Origin: Candidatus Dojkabacteria bacterium
GTDB lineage: Bacteria; Patescibacteriota; Dojkabacteria; B142; WJKM01
Reading direction: 5' to 3'
NCBI GenBank assembly: GCA_014729085.1
Contig: WJKM01000011.1
Coordinates: 234,852 to 298,851, forward strand
Length of the DNA: 64,000 bases
Each line of letters opens with the position of its first letter. The stretch's first letter is position 1. Below, in pieces: positions 9,868 to 20,752 of the stretch. The notes beneath the pieces are model-generated. The model was given only the letters and a program-made list of their open reading frames with translations, searched no databases and had not been told where the DNA came from. The translations under genes were made by a program, and so were the position numbers.

Positions 9868-10770
9868 ATGTTTAATGATTTAATTTCAAAAAATCAACTT
9901 TTTGATTCGCATTGTCACCTGCATTTTAATAACTATGATAAAGACAGAGATGAAGTATTAAACGAATCTGTTAGGAGTGAGATAGGTACAGTTATCGATG
10001 TAGGTGTAAATTTTGAAGAGAGCAAAAAAGCTTTAAAGCATGCGAGAAAATATAAGGAGGTTTTTGCAACTGTCGGAGTTCATCCCGAGACTTGTATAAA
10101 AGGAAGTGATTTATATATTAATAACTTCGAGAGAATAGTTAATGAATTTGAGGCGTGCAAGCAACTACTAGTTGAATGCAAGGGTACGTCTTCTGAGGAA
10201 AATAGGATTATTATGATCGGGGAGACAGGACTGGATTTTCACTGGACTAAAAAAGGGGATTTAAGTCCTGAAGAGGAGAACGAAAGTAAGCAAAATCAAA
10301 TAGAATTATTTAGAAAACATGTGTCATTTTCGATGGACTATGGTTTGCCCCTTACTATTCATTCAAGGAATGCAATTTTAGATTGTATTGAAGTTCTGAG
10401 ATCTACTTTTAATATTGCTTCCTATAAGGGAAGCAAAAAAGGGGTTTTTCATTCTTTAACACCTGAATCAGGTGATACTGAAGAAGATTTTTACAATAAG
10501 GTTAATCAAGTATTAGAAGTTGATTTTATGATTGGCCTTAACGGTATTATTACTTTTAAAAATGCAGAATTATTAAGATCGGTTTTTATTAAAGTATTGA
10601 AAGAAAGGATAAAGAAAAGTTCTCAGATCGGGCCCTTGGATTTTTATAATGCTGGTTTTGTTTTTGAAACTGATGGACCTTGGCTTTCACCGCAAGGAAA
10701 AAGGGGAGAACGTAATGAACCTGCTAATATCAAAATCATTTACGATTTTGTTAAAAATATAATTTCTTAG
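9868..10770 (+). CDS. tatD: TatD family hydrolase
   Basis: DSHCHL, GVHPE, IGETGLD, IHSR, FETDGPWL. Confidence 0.92.
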   Translation: MFNDLISKNQLFDSHCHLHFNNYDKDRDEVLNESVRSEIGTVIDVGVNFEESKKALKHARKYKEVFATVGVHPETCIKGSDLYINNFERIVNEFEACKQLLVECKGTSSEENRIIMIGETGLDFHWTKKGDLSPEEENESKQNQIELFRKHVSFSMDYGLPLTIHSRNAILDCIEVLRSTFNIASYKGSKKGVFHSLTPESGDTEEDFYNKVNQVLEVDFMIGLNGIITFKNAELLRSVFIKVLKERIKKSSQIGPLDFYNAGFVFETDGPWLSPQGKRGERNEPANIKIIYDFVKNIIS

Positions 10771-11795
10771 GATTGAAGGTAATAACCGACACCCCTGACG
10801 GAAAGAATACAAGAAGAGGGAAGCCCAAGTTTTTCAAGTTTTTTTCTGAGTCTGCTTAAATGCCTATTAATTGCAGAGAGAGAAAATTTTTGTGTTGATT
10901 TATTACCCCACATAATATCTGCAAGCTCATCATAAGTTAGTACACGGTTTTCTTTGTCTAGAAAATGTTTAAGAATTTTCCGATCTCTTTCAAAAAAATC
11001 TTTGGTGAGAGGTTTATTAGAGATTTCAATCTTGTTCTTTTCATTGAGGGATATAGTTCTTTTATTTTCTAATTTATTTTTTCTCAAAAAAACAGATGAA
11101 TTTTGAGCTAATTTCTTATTAATTATTTTTTTTGATAAAGTTTTTATGGTTTGGGGGATTTTACCTTTATAATCTACAGATCTTAAGAAGCTTTTAGTCA
11201 TGTGATCTATGATGACCTCTTTTTGTTCCCAGGAATAGTTTTCTAAAAGCTCTGAGTGAAATAGAACGGAAAATATCCCCTCTATAAGTACAGTTTCCTG
11301 CATATCTGTTCTCACAAAGATTTTTCCATGTATTTCCTTTTTTCCTTGATGAATTGGAGAACAGAAGGAGCAGTAAGAAGAAAAATTTTTTACATACACA
11401 TCTATATTTATGTCTTTGCTTTCGAGTTTTGGATAAAGTGTGTAGATGTATCTGGTAAATTTAGATTTAATTTTTCTCCAAAAATCTTTCATGTCTGAGG
11501 TTAGTTTTTTATTAACTTTTGATTCATCGAGCTCGGTATTTAGAAATTCTTCGATTTTCTCACATCCTTTTAAATTCTGCTCATCAAAATTTTTGACCTC
11601 CATCCATATATTCTTATAATTCGAATAGTGAATATCGGGATATACAAAGGTTTTAGGGTCTTTCCGGTAATAATCTGTACAGGGGATAAATCCAAACTTA
11701 ATATGGTTTCCCTGAGCGAGGAATTTTAAACTTGCAATAAGGGCTTTTATTTGTGTTTGGTTTGAATCTTTGAAATTTAAGAGAAATTTTCCCAT
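10767..11795 (-). CDS. Protein with C-terminal OmpR-type winged-helix DNA-binding domain
   Basis: NRVLTYDELADIMWG...AINRHLSRLRKKL...SVRGVGYYL; no receiver domain recognisable. Confidence 0.75.
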   Translation of the reverse strand: MGKFLLNFKDSNQTQIKALIASLKFLAQGNHIKFGFIPCTDYYRKDPKTFVYPDIHYSNYKNIWMEVKNFDEQNLKGCEKIEEFLNTELDESKVNKKLTSDMKDFWRKIKSKFTRYIYTLYPKLESKDINIDVYVKNFSSYCSFCSPIHQGKKEIHGKIFVRTDMQETVLIEGIFSVLFHSELLENYSWEQKEVIIDHMTKSFLRSVDYKGKIPQTIKTLSKKIINKKLAQNSSVFLRKNKLENKRTISLNEKNKIEISNKPLTKDFFERDRKILKHFLDKENRVLTYDELADIMWGNKSTQKFSLSAINRHLSRLRKKLEKLGLPSSCILSVRGVGYYLQS

Positions 11796-11942
11796 GTCTA
11801 TTTTATGTCCAGTATATTTGATAGTTCTATTATATCATTATAGGGTATTTTAAAAAAGATATACATTCTTATGAAAATAGGGTTTTTAATATAATTCTAA
11901 ATACAAATCTGTGCCCAAGATTTTATATATTATCTTTTTCAA

Positions 11943-12590
11943 ATGGAAGAAGTTCGACCAGAAAAACCCCAATTATGGTTTGGTGCTGGATCTATGATTC
12001 CCCCAGAATGCCAACAGTCTACATTTGACTCGATACGAAGAAGATGGCAAGATTTAGCAAAAGTTGTAAGCAAGGGTGGCGTAGTATTACCATTTACTGG
12101 GACTGGAAGTAGGTACTGGAATCCACATGTAGACCTAGGTTCTATGCTTCATCTTAATCCTGCCAGAACATTTTCTGAAGCAGCACTGATGGAGAAAGGT
12201 GCTCTCCCTTGCGACCGTGACTTGCCTTTGAGACAAGCTCGTGCTCTACTTAGGGAGGGAGGAATTAGAGCAGATGAACGTGTGGAACTATATGAAAGGA
12301 CACAAGCAGATTTATTCTCAGGAAGAACACCTGAATGGGTAGAGGATCCTTTTGGATATGAACATAAGCTTGTGGCAGCTATATGCAGGCCAGAATTAGC
12401 TTCTGGCTTAGGAGATCCAGGTTTACAAAGAATAGTTGAGGCCGGGGGAGATTCGGTTCATAATAGAGTTGCAATGTATATCCGGGAACGAGATCGTGAC
12501 CTCTATGACACTTCATTACTAGCCCTAACTGATCCTAGCACACCACATTTAGATTCTGGAATTGGCTTTGGACAGATACGAAATCTTTAA
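11943..12590 (+). CDS. Orphan protein, Lys-poor
   Basis: 215-aa ORF; TATAAT at 11890-11895. Confidence 0.75.
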   Translation: MEEVRPEKPQLWFGAGSMIPPECQQSTFDSIRRRWQDLAKVVSKGGVVLPFTGTGSRYWNPHVDLGSMLHLNPARTFSEAALMEKGALPCDRDLPLRQARALLREGGIRADERVELYERTQADLFSGRTPEWVEDPFGYEHKLVAAICRPELASGLGDPGLQRIVEAGGDSVHNRVAMYIRERDRDLYDTSLLALTDPSTPHLDSGIGFGQIRNL

Positions 12591-12873
12591 AGAGGAATTG
12601 TATCTTATTGCTGTTTATATTTTAAGAGTAATTTAACAGATTATTTCAAATAGTAACGAAAGTATTCTTTGACCCCGCCATGGGGGCAGCCCAGTTTTTC
12701 ACTTGGACGAAAACTTAATGTCTTCCTATCTACTGCTGCGAAGAAGAGTGCCCTTAATGAACAGTAAATATTCCAATCAAGACTGCTAGGCATTTGAGCC
12801 TATAATCCCAGTTCTTGATAGCAGTATACATGAAATATTTGTATAACTAGACTAATTATTTCCGAGAAAAGTT

Positions 12874-13974
12874 CTAGTACATAGATTTAGGGCCAACGGC
12901 AATATGTGCCTGTAAAGGGACATCTATCGTGTGTCTAATATCGAAACCAGTTTCCAGCATTTCTTGAGTGGAAAGGTGCTGAATTGTATATTGATCAGGA
13001 TTTAAAACTGCTGTTTCAATCCATTCGGGATTAAAAGAACAATTAGCTAACAAATCGTAACCGATTAAGGCAAGTCTGTTGAGCGGTGCTTTATATACTT
13101 CCCTGTCGACAAGTTCTTCATACACTATAGCCTGAGCTCCTCGGGTGGTATCCAGAATTTCTTGAGGATTAAGAGGGATATGGTGGGCAGACAGATTAAA
13201 CATGACCAAAGTGGGATTTGCTGTAAGAAAAGTCACGGGTAAGTTTTGATTGGCAAAATTAACGTAATTTTCGATATTCTCGGGGGTTTCTAGGTAAAAA
13301 TTATCTTCATTATTAAAGAAAGACTCTTCTTTTAATTCCATAAAATTATCAATCCCAATCCAGTGTGTCATTATTCCAAATACACTAAGGTCGCGGTCCA
13401 TATCAGGTTCAATTGAACCTTGCCCGCAACCAACTGAAATAATGTTGATTATATCCGTCTCATATTCATTGCAGAGATCGAGAAATAGTTTTCTGTAGTT
13501 TTCGAATCCCTGTACTTTATTGTACTCCGACAATATTTTATTCTTTACATCCTCTTGGAAAATTGCTATTTGGTCTGATAAAACGTCTATTGTTCGAATA
13601 AGGGTATTGGAAATCACCTGATTTCCCTCGCGTAAATCTAGCAGATTAACTCTATCCAAAAGGGAGTCGATATTGGTTTGGGGATGCAGCAGGATATCTA
13701 GAAGCAATCTATGTCTCTAATCATTCCTTTCCATACCAAAGAGACCGTCAATCACATCGCAGAGCGATTCTTGATTGATATGAAGAGTCTCCAAGGAAAT
13801 ATGAATTGATATGAAATACTTTCAGGTAGAGTATATATGTTTTGTGAAACTTTGGGAATTTATATAGGGGTAAAATACCTTGATCTAATATATATTTTGT
13901 AATTTCCCACTTAGTTAAGAGTTGGAGAAATAAGGAGGAACATTTTCCCATCCCAACATTCTTTTTATACTCAT
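12874..13974 (-). pseudogene. Class I SAM-dependent methyltransferase-like gene with a disrupted 5' part
   Basis: IISVGCGQG motif I and LSAHHI in 12874..13707; frame continues upstream past an in-frame TAG at 13717-13719. Confidence 0.55.
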
Positions 13975-13985
13975 TGTTATGGAAT

Positions 13986-14342
13986 TTAAAGTGGATCTTC
14001 AATATTAATGACTTTTGAATTGTAGGGAATTAAAGGTATATCTCCTATCAAAGGGCAACTTTGAATGACATCTCTTGCATGGGGACCGTTGACACATAGC
14101 TTCGAAGCAGGCATTTCGCATCCATGGCATACAGGATTGTATTTTTCCCAATCTGCCGAATCTGGGGAGACCTTCAGTGTATCATCGTTAGTGTAAAAAG
14201 GTATGTTAGCTGGACGTTGCCCCCCAGAACAGTCCACCAGCCTTGTATATATCCTATAAGTTTTTTCGTTATGACCTCTTGCTAAACCTTTTATTGGATT
14301 ATCTGTCCGAGTACAAAATGTAAGTGGCTTAAGATCTTCCAT
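13986..14342 (-). CDS. Cys-rich orphan protein
   Basis: 118 aa, CHGC plus four more Cys; TATAAT on the minus strand at 14407-14412. Confidence 0.7.
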   Translation of the reverse strand: MEDLKPLTFCTRTDNPIKGLARGHNEKTYRIYTRLVDCSGGQRPANIPFYTNDDTLKVSPDSADWEKYNPVCHGCEMPASKLCVNGPHARDVIQSCPLIGDIPLIPYNSKVINIEDPL

Positions 14343-14442
14343 TTTTCGAATTGAATTAAAATTAAAATTGAAAATAACAATGACCTAAAAAATCTATAAT
14401 AGGTTGATTATACTACAGTGTTTACAAAAAGTATTAAATTTC

Positions 14443-14470
14443 AAATTCAACATGTTAAGATGTTGAATTT
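14443..14470. terminator. Hairpin downstream of valS
   Basis: AAATTCAACAT-GTTAAG-ATGTTGAATTT, 11-bp stem. Confidence 0.45.
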
Positions 14471-14504
14471 CTACAAGCTTTAATAGTTAAGTATGGTCTT
14501 GAAA

Positions 14505-17252
14505 CTAATTAGGCCACTTTGCATACATTAAAGTCTCAGACTCTTCCTCTTTTTTTGGAAATTCCTGCCAGATTTTTTCTGTTATAAACGGAATAAATGG
14601 ATGTAAAAGTCTCAAATATTTATCAAGGCAATACCAAAGAGTCCAAAGAGCAGCTTTTCTTGAATCCTGAGCTTCATCACTAGTATTTATTGGATTTCCT
14701 TTTCTGTCTTTTGTATAGATTCTAGGTTTTATTGTTTCAAGATAGACATCTGCAAATTCATGCCAGATTGATTCATATAGTTCCTGGGCAACTACACCAA
14801 AATTAAAGTTATCCATGTTTCTGGTAGAATTCTCGATTAATTTATCTATATGCTTTATCATCTTCTTATCGTCCTTTTCCATATTATTTCCTATTTCATC
14901 AGGATCGAAATTTTGGACTTGTTCATCTCCAATATTCATTAGTGTGAATTTTGAGATATTCCAAATTTTATTGCAGTAGTTTCTAAAACTCTCAATTTTT
15001 TCTTCATATAGTCTATAATTCTGGCCCACTTTATTACCAATTACAAAACTTAGACGGAGTGCATCTGTACCAAATTCATGCATCATTTTAAATGGGTCTA
15101 TCCCATTGCCTTTTGATTTACTCATTTTCACACCTTCTCGATCTAAAACCAGTCCATGGAGATAGACATTTTGAAAAGGTGTTATTTCTTTATCGGTTAG
15201 ATCAAGGTTTTTATCATCTCTGAGTAGGTAGCTTTTTGCTTTATAAGGGCAGAGAAGCATCATTCTAGTTACCCAAAAAATCAAGATATCCCAGCCGGTT
15301 TCCATAATCTGAGTTGGGTAGAATTTTTCAAAATCACCGTCTTTAGCGAGTAATGTAACGACAGGCCACTGACCTGATGAAAACCAGGTGTCGAAAACAT
15401 CTTCATCCTGCACCCATTTGTCTCCTGGATCATCAACTTGGACTTTCATATACTCCTTGTAATCTTTCATAGAATGCATTATGTCTTCACCAAATCTTTC
15501 TTTCACTTCTCCGGTTTCAGTTACAAATTCTTTAGGTTGAATTTTATACCAAACTGGAACACGGTATCCCCACCAAAGCTGTCTCGTAATGCACCAATCT
15601 TCGGGGGTATCCATCCAATTAAGGTATACATTCTCCTTGCCTTCTGGCATTATATTCGTAAAGTCATCTTTGACAAGTTGTTTAGCCTTTTCTTTTAAAG
15701 GGTCGGTATCTACAAACCACTGATGCGAAATTAAGGGTTCTATCTGGTTTTTACATCTTTCGCAGATTTGGATTCGGTTTTTATATTTTCCATTCAGGTT
15801 GACTAAAATGCCTTGTTTTTTCATATCTTCTTCGAGCTTTTGTCTTGATTCTAAAGCTTTCATACCTTCATACTTTCCGCATATATGATTCAACTTACCG
15901 TCAAACCCAATACATTGTTTTTCAGGCAGAACTTCTGGGTGTTTCATTGCGATATCCCAGTCATCGGGTGCATGAGCAGGTGTAACTTTCATAATCCCTG
16001 TCCCGAATTCAGGATCTATGATTTCATCAGCAATAATGTTGAGTTTTGCATTGCCAATAAGTGTTTGAACTTCAATTTCTTTTCCTACCCAGTCTTTGTA
16101 CCGTTCGTCTTTAGGATTGACACATAAAGCTGTATCTCCAAATTTTGTCTCCGGTCTCGTTGTTGCCAGGATAAATCCAAGATTGTAGTATTTGTCATCC
16201 GGATACTCATCAAACAGTCGAATATGAACCCCAGCAAAGTATTTACTGAATCTATGGAAATGTTTATCCAATTCCTCATCCAGTTTTACTTCTGAATTAT
16301 CTGGATTGATAACTATCAGTTTAAAATCTTTGTCCAATCTAAGCATAAGTCCAATAGTTTTTCCTTTAACCTTGTCTCCAACTTCCAGATCATCAAAACC
16401 TATTAGAATAACATCCAAATCTGAATTATCAGCAGGATTTGTCTCATTAGGAATGCTTCCATAGTAATCAAATTCCCATTTAAACTCTTCACCCTCTTTA
16501 TTTTTGTATTTCATTCCTTTATTCCTTTCGACTAGAACCTCGATTTCCTCCCCCGCATATTTATTTTTAATCTCTACTGCATAGGGATCTGGTTCTGTGA
16601 ATCCGTATTTGAAATAAAACAACTTTCCGGTTGATTCTTTGTATTCGGTATCTATATCTGCAAGTGCTGTCTGGCATCTGACACACCAGTTAATAAGCCG
16701 TTTGTCTCTGTATACAAGCCCATCATCATAAAGATCAATAAAAGTCTGGAGGACTTCTTTTACGATTTTAGGATCAAGAGTAAAAAGCTCTCTGTCGAAA
16801 TCAGCAGAAAGACCCAGATTTTTTTCCTGCTCGCGTGCAGTTTCTGAGTTCTCCATACAGAATTTGTAACATTCTTCATAGAATTTTTTTCTACCCATGT
16901 CTTTTTTAGTTTTCCCCTCTTTCTCAAGTACTTTTTCAAACACAACTTCCGTTTGGATTCCTGCATGATCTTTTCCAGGAAGAAGTAGAACTGCTTTCCC
17001 CTTCATTCTGTTGTACCTGCCCATAAGATCCTGGTAAGCATAACCGGACATATGTCCTAGGTGCAGATTACCGTTTGCATTTGGAGGAGGTAAAATGTTT
17101 GTATAGGTTTCTCTCTTATCTGCACCCTCCACATATGCAGTAGAGAGTTTTTGTTCGGAACGAAATTCTGGTTTGAAATAATCGTTTTCTAACCAGTAAT
17201 CAAGTATTTCTTTTTCAGTTTTATTAGGATCATAGGGACCTTTAGGTAGCAT
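14505..17252 (-). CDS. valS: Valine--tRNA ligase with an inserted domain; lacks the C-terminal coiled-coil arm
   Basis: PPPNANGNLHLGH, DHAGIQT, ATTRPET, DWCITRQLWWG, DTWFSSG, KMSKS; ends at AKWPN. Confidence 0.96.
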   Translation of the reverse strand: MLPKGPYDPNKTEKEILDYWLENDYFKPEFRSEQKLSTAYVEGADKRETYTNILPPPNANGNLHLGHMSGYAYQDLMGRYNRMKGKAVLLLPGKDHAGIQTEVVFEKVLEKEGKTKKDMGRKKFYEECYKFCMENSETAREQEKNLGLSADFDRELFTLDPKIVKEVLQTFIDLYDDGLVYRDKRLINWCVRCQTALADIDTEYKESTGKLFYFKYGFTEPDPYAVEIKNKYAGEEIEVLVERNKGMKYKNKEGEEFKWEFDYYGSIPNETNPADNSDLDVILIGFDDLEVGDKVKGKTIGLMLRLDKDFKLIVINPDNSEVKLDEELDKHFHRFSKYFAGVHIRLFDEYPDDKYYNLGFILATTRPETKFGDTALCVNPKDERYKDWVGKEIEVQTLIGNAKLNIIADEIIDPEFGTGIMKVTPAHAPDDWDIAMKHPEVLPEKQCIGFDGKLNHICGKYEGMKALESRQKLEEDMKKQGILVNLNGKYKNRIQICERCKNQIEPLISHQWFVDTDPLKEKAKQLVKDDFTNIMPEGKENVYLNWMDTPEDWCITRQLWWGYRVPVWYKIQPKEFVTETGEVKERFGEDIMHSMKDYKEYMKVQVDDPGDKWVQDEDVFDTWFSSGQWPVVTLLAKDGDFEKFYPTQIMETGWDILIFWVTRMMLLCPYKAKSYLLRDDKNLDLTDKEITPFQNVYLHGLVLDREGVKMSKSKGNGIDPFKMMHEFGTDALRLSFVIGNKVGQNYRLYEEKIESFRNYCNKIWNISKFTLMNIGDEQVQNFDPDEIGNNMEKDDKKMIKHIDKLIENSTRNMDNFNFGVVAQELYESIWHEFADVYLETIKPRIYTKDRKGNPINTSDEAQDSRKAALWTLWYCLDKYLRLLHPFIPFITEKIWQEFPKKEEESETLMYAKWPN

Positions 17253-17484
17253 AATTTTTTTAATTAAAATTTAATAAGTTTGAAAGCCTTTCTGCTTCAG
17301 GCAGGGCATACAATCAATAAAGTTGAAAAATTAATCAACTTAAGCGATTTATTATACAGCATTTACTATCTTGTTAAAGCATATTAAATCAATGGAGTAG
17401 GTATTTATTTCTATTTTATTTGATTATTGTTTAAAAAGTTGTTAATTTTGTTATACTAAATGAGAAATATTTATACAAAAACTA

Positions 17485-18315
17485 ATGCAGAACACAACAC
17501 AAGATTCTGAGCAGGAACAAAATCAATCAAATCAGACTGGTGCTAACCAATCATCTGTGCCAGCTCAACCTGGACAGCAACCCCAACCTGGCCAAACACA
17601 ACCTAATGTACAGCAAACAAACCAACCTGTTCAGCCAACACAGCCTAGCACAACAGCACCTCAACAAGTAAATCAAAATCAACAACAATCTGTACCTCAA
17701 CAAAGTCCATCTCCTGAGAGTACCCCGCAGGTTACTCCATCAACACAAGCACAGGTACCGCAACAAGCTTCCCAGCCTAATGCAATACCAGCGCAACAAG
17801 GTACTGGAGAAGAAGATGAGGCAGGCCTTGGTGCACAAACGCCTAAACCAATCGAAGTTGATTTCCCACCTAAACCGCAAACAGCCGAGGAACAACCTCA
17901 AGCTCCTGCAGCACAAGCTCAGGTAACACCAACGGCAGCTAAGGGAAAAAAGATTTTAATCGTTGAAGACGAAATACCTCTTAGAAAGGCATTAACCAGG
18001 AAACTTACGCAGGAAGGCTATCTGGTAACCGAGGCAGAGAACGGAAAAGACGGATTGAACAAAGCTTCTGCAGAAAAGCCGGATTTAATAATAACAGATA
18101 TTGTAATGCCGGATATGGATGGTCTTAACATGATTAAAAATATTCGGGAAAGCGACTGGGGCAAAGATGCTCATATCATTTTGATTACAAATCTAAATAA
18201 CTCCGACGATGTAGCTACTGCTCTTCAATACAATGTAATTGACTATCTTGTCAAAAGCGATATGAAATTAAAAGATATAATTGATAAGGTGAACGAGAAG
18301 CTTTCAATCGGTTAG
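17485..18315 (+). CDS. Receiver-domain protein with long Gln/Pro-rich disordered N-terminus
   Basis: KILIVEDE, DLIITDIVMPDMDG, IILITN, DYLVK; no output domain. Confidence 0.85.
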   Translation: MQNTTQDSEQEQNQSNQTGANQSSVPAQPGQQPQPGQTQPNVQQTNQPVQPTQPSTTAPQQVNQNQQQSVPQQSPSPESTPQVTPSTQAQVPQQASQPNAIPAQQGTGEEDEAGLGAQTPKPIEVDFPPKPQTAEEQPQAPAAQAQVTPTAAKGKKILIVEDEIPLRKALTRKLTQEGYLVTEAENGKDGLNKASAEKPDLIITDIVMPDMDGLNMIKNIRESDWGKDAHIILITNLNNSDDVATALQYNVIDYLVKSDMKLKDIIDKVNEKLSIG

Positions 18316-18383
18316 TCGTATCCTCTTTCAAAGTTTTCAAATATAGTTTAGAATTAATTAACTAAAATAAAATTTGTTGATTT

Positions 18384-20750
18384 ATGGCTTTAGAAGACCA
18401 ACAGGTTGCACAAGCTTATTTAGAGCAATTAAGTGCTGCACAAAAAGCAGGAAATGAGGCAGGTATACGTATGTTGCTCCAGGAGATGGCAAATCAACCT
18501 CCGGAAGTGAAACGGGCAATAATGGCCATCCCAGAGTTAACATCATTTATTGAGCAATTTGGACGGCAACTTTCTCGTGATAGAGAAGGGAGGCCAATTC
18601 CTGTCCATAGTTTATTGTCATTGCATGAGGATGGAAGGCCTGTTGAAAGAAATGTAGAGCCGGAGTCGAAAGCAGAAGAAGTATACGATGGAAGAGTACC
18701 GATAGATCCAGAGTGGCGCCACGTAGATGATTACCATGGACCGGAACTTGATCCAGATGATGTTTATGCAAATTCTAATTCACGACCAGAAATAGATGTT
18801 AATCAAATTGTAGGAAATAATCCACAAGCGCGTAATATGTTTTTTGGTTGGGGATTATGGCAGGGAGAACATAATGCTTTTGGTTTGAGAGGAGGGGAGG
18901 ATGATTACCCTGTTGAGGTAGAAAACACTGTTTATCTTATTGAGCAATTCGGATTTCGCGAGGGATTAAATGGACGTCAATTTCAGATATATAATAAGGC
19001 GAGAGAAATAATTTTGAGTGAAATTAAACCTTATGGTTATCATGGAGACTTAGTCAATAGACGACCAATAAATATGGAACGTCTTGCTAGGGAATTAAAT
19101 GAACTTGGTGGAGTAGAACAAAATACATTTGATACTATAGTAATATTTTTATTGGGTATGGGAGACGTCCGAAGTGCACTAGAGATGGTATTAAGGGCAG
19201 ACCTATTCGCGCCACCTAGGGGAGCAGAACAGATATCAGTTCCTTCTTCTACCCACAGATTGTCTTCTACTTTTGAAAATGCATTCCAAGTATATAGTCA
19301 CACTGCAAGACGTAATTTCGATGTTGTAATGCATAATTATGCAGAACGTTTGCAAGGTACTGGATTAGCTGGAATATCTGAACATGCAGAGGAAAGGTTT
19401 AAAGCAAATCATGCTAGAGAAAGGATAGAGCTAAATCAATCCAGAAATTTTATAAGCACTTCCTCTATTCACTTCGAAATAAATCAACGTAATTTACGTG
19501 AAAGAATGAATGGTTTATTACAGGAAGATAAGGATCCTGAAGAGTTACGTCAATTTCTAGAAACTAAGGGCAGAGAAATGGCTAATGCAGAAGTTGTAAA
19601 TTTATTGATGAGAGAACTAGAATATAGAATAAATCCTCAGGATTCAGCTGACAGAAGATTTCAAGAAGCTATATCTCCAGATACATCTCCTCGCAGAAAA
19701 ATTAGTGGTTTAAGAGAAAATCAGGTTTCAACAATGCTTTACGATAGGGATTATGAAGAAAGATTATATGATCCGGATTCAATCAATCTATCAGATCTTA
19801 GACAATTACTCAGATATCCCGATAGTTATATTTATTCTCTTAGAGAGGCAATTGTAAGGCGTAATAGGGATTTGCGACAGGAAAGTGAAAGAATTGAATC
19901 AACGACTGTTTTTCGTAATCTTGGAGAAAAGTTAATACCGGGACTTGAATATTTAGGCGCTGTTGCCGAAGATGAGACTTTAGGTCCAATATTAGCAAGA
20001 CAATTGAACGTTTCGATTGAAGAATTACGAGGATCTGAAGATGGAGTTGCGAAACTATATGCACAAATAGAAGAGATGGAAACTTCTACGCAAGAAGCAA
20101 TTGGTGCTTTAGAAGCTCCATTTGTCAGATCGACAGAATTTGTACAAGCAGATAGGGATTCATTATCCCGAATTAGAGAACAATTAGAAACTAGAACAAG
20201 TCAAGTCGCACAAGAGACAACAGCAGAGGGAGAATTAAATGCTTTAGCAGTAATCGAAGAGGATCTTAAAGAGGCTGAAGTGAATATCGAATCAGTTGAA
20301 GAAGAATTAGAGAATTTACAAGAAAAGCTAGAACAGCAACAAATAGAAGAACAGAGGTTTACTTCTATAAGTCTTGAGGCTTTAACATTGGAATCCGAAT
20401 TTGATGAACTCAACCTAGCAGTCGGTGCACTAGGAATTAATGAACAAAGTACATATCTCTGGGGAAAATTAAGTCATATAAGTGAAATCAATAGGGATAT
20501 TTTGGCTAGACAAGCTCGATTTTTTGGGTTGGGACAAGGACGAGCTATAGACAGATTAATTAGGCAGGGGGAGGAAGATTTTGACTATGTAGTGACGCAA
20601 TTACAAAGAAGATTAGATCAGGAAGTAACAAGAATAGGACATGCTATTGATAGAACGCAAGTGAATATCGAAGGAGAAACAACTAAATTGAATAGATATA
20701 CTCAAAGGCGTGAAGGACTGGAAGGATTTAAACAGGATCTGGAATCATAG
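18384..20750 (+). CDS. Large acidic, Lys-poor orphan with C-terminal coiled coil
   Basis: 788-aa ORF; E/Q/L heptad-like pattern in the last ~250 aa. Confidence 0.8.
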   Translation: MALEDQQVAQAYLEQLSAAQKAGNEAGIRMLLQEMANQPPEVKRAIMAIPELTSFIEQFGRQLSRDREGRPIPVHSLLSLHEDGRPVERNVEPESKAEEVYDGRVPIDPEWRHVDDYHGPELDPDDVYANSNSRPEIDVNQIVGNNPQARNMFFGWGLWQGEHNAFGLRGGEDDYPVEVENTVYLIEQFGFREGLNGRQFQIYNKAREIILSEIKPYGYHGDLVNRRPINMERLARELNELGGVEQNTFDTIVIFLLGMGDVRSALEMVLRADLFAPPRGAEQISVPSSTHRLSSTFENAFQVYSHTARRNFDVVMHNYAERLQGTGLAGISEHAEERFKANHARERIELNQSRNFISTSSIHFEINQRNLRERMNGLLQEDKDPEELRQFLETKGREMANAEVVNLLMRELEYRINPQDSADRRFQEAISPDTSPRRKISGLRENQVSTMLYDRDYEERLYDPDSINLSDLRQLLRYPDSYIYSLREAIVRRNRDLRQESERIESTTVFRNLGEKLIPGLEYLGAVAEDETLGPILARQLNVSIEELRGSEDGVAKLYAQIEEMETSTQEAIGALEAPFVRSTEFVQADRDSLSRIREQLETRTSQVAQETTAEGELNALAVIEEDLKEAEVNIESVEEELENLQEKLEQQQIEEQRFTSISLEALTLESEFDELNLAVGALGINEQSTYLWGKLSHISEINRDILARQARFFGLGQGRAIDRLIRQGEEDFDYVVTQLQRRLDQEVTRIGHAIDRTQVNIEGETTKLNRYTQRREGLEGFKQDLES

Positions 20751-20752
20751 AT

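Noticed and set aside
17253-17400. T-box leader for valS
   Set aside because: No T-box consensus or antiterminator visible
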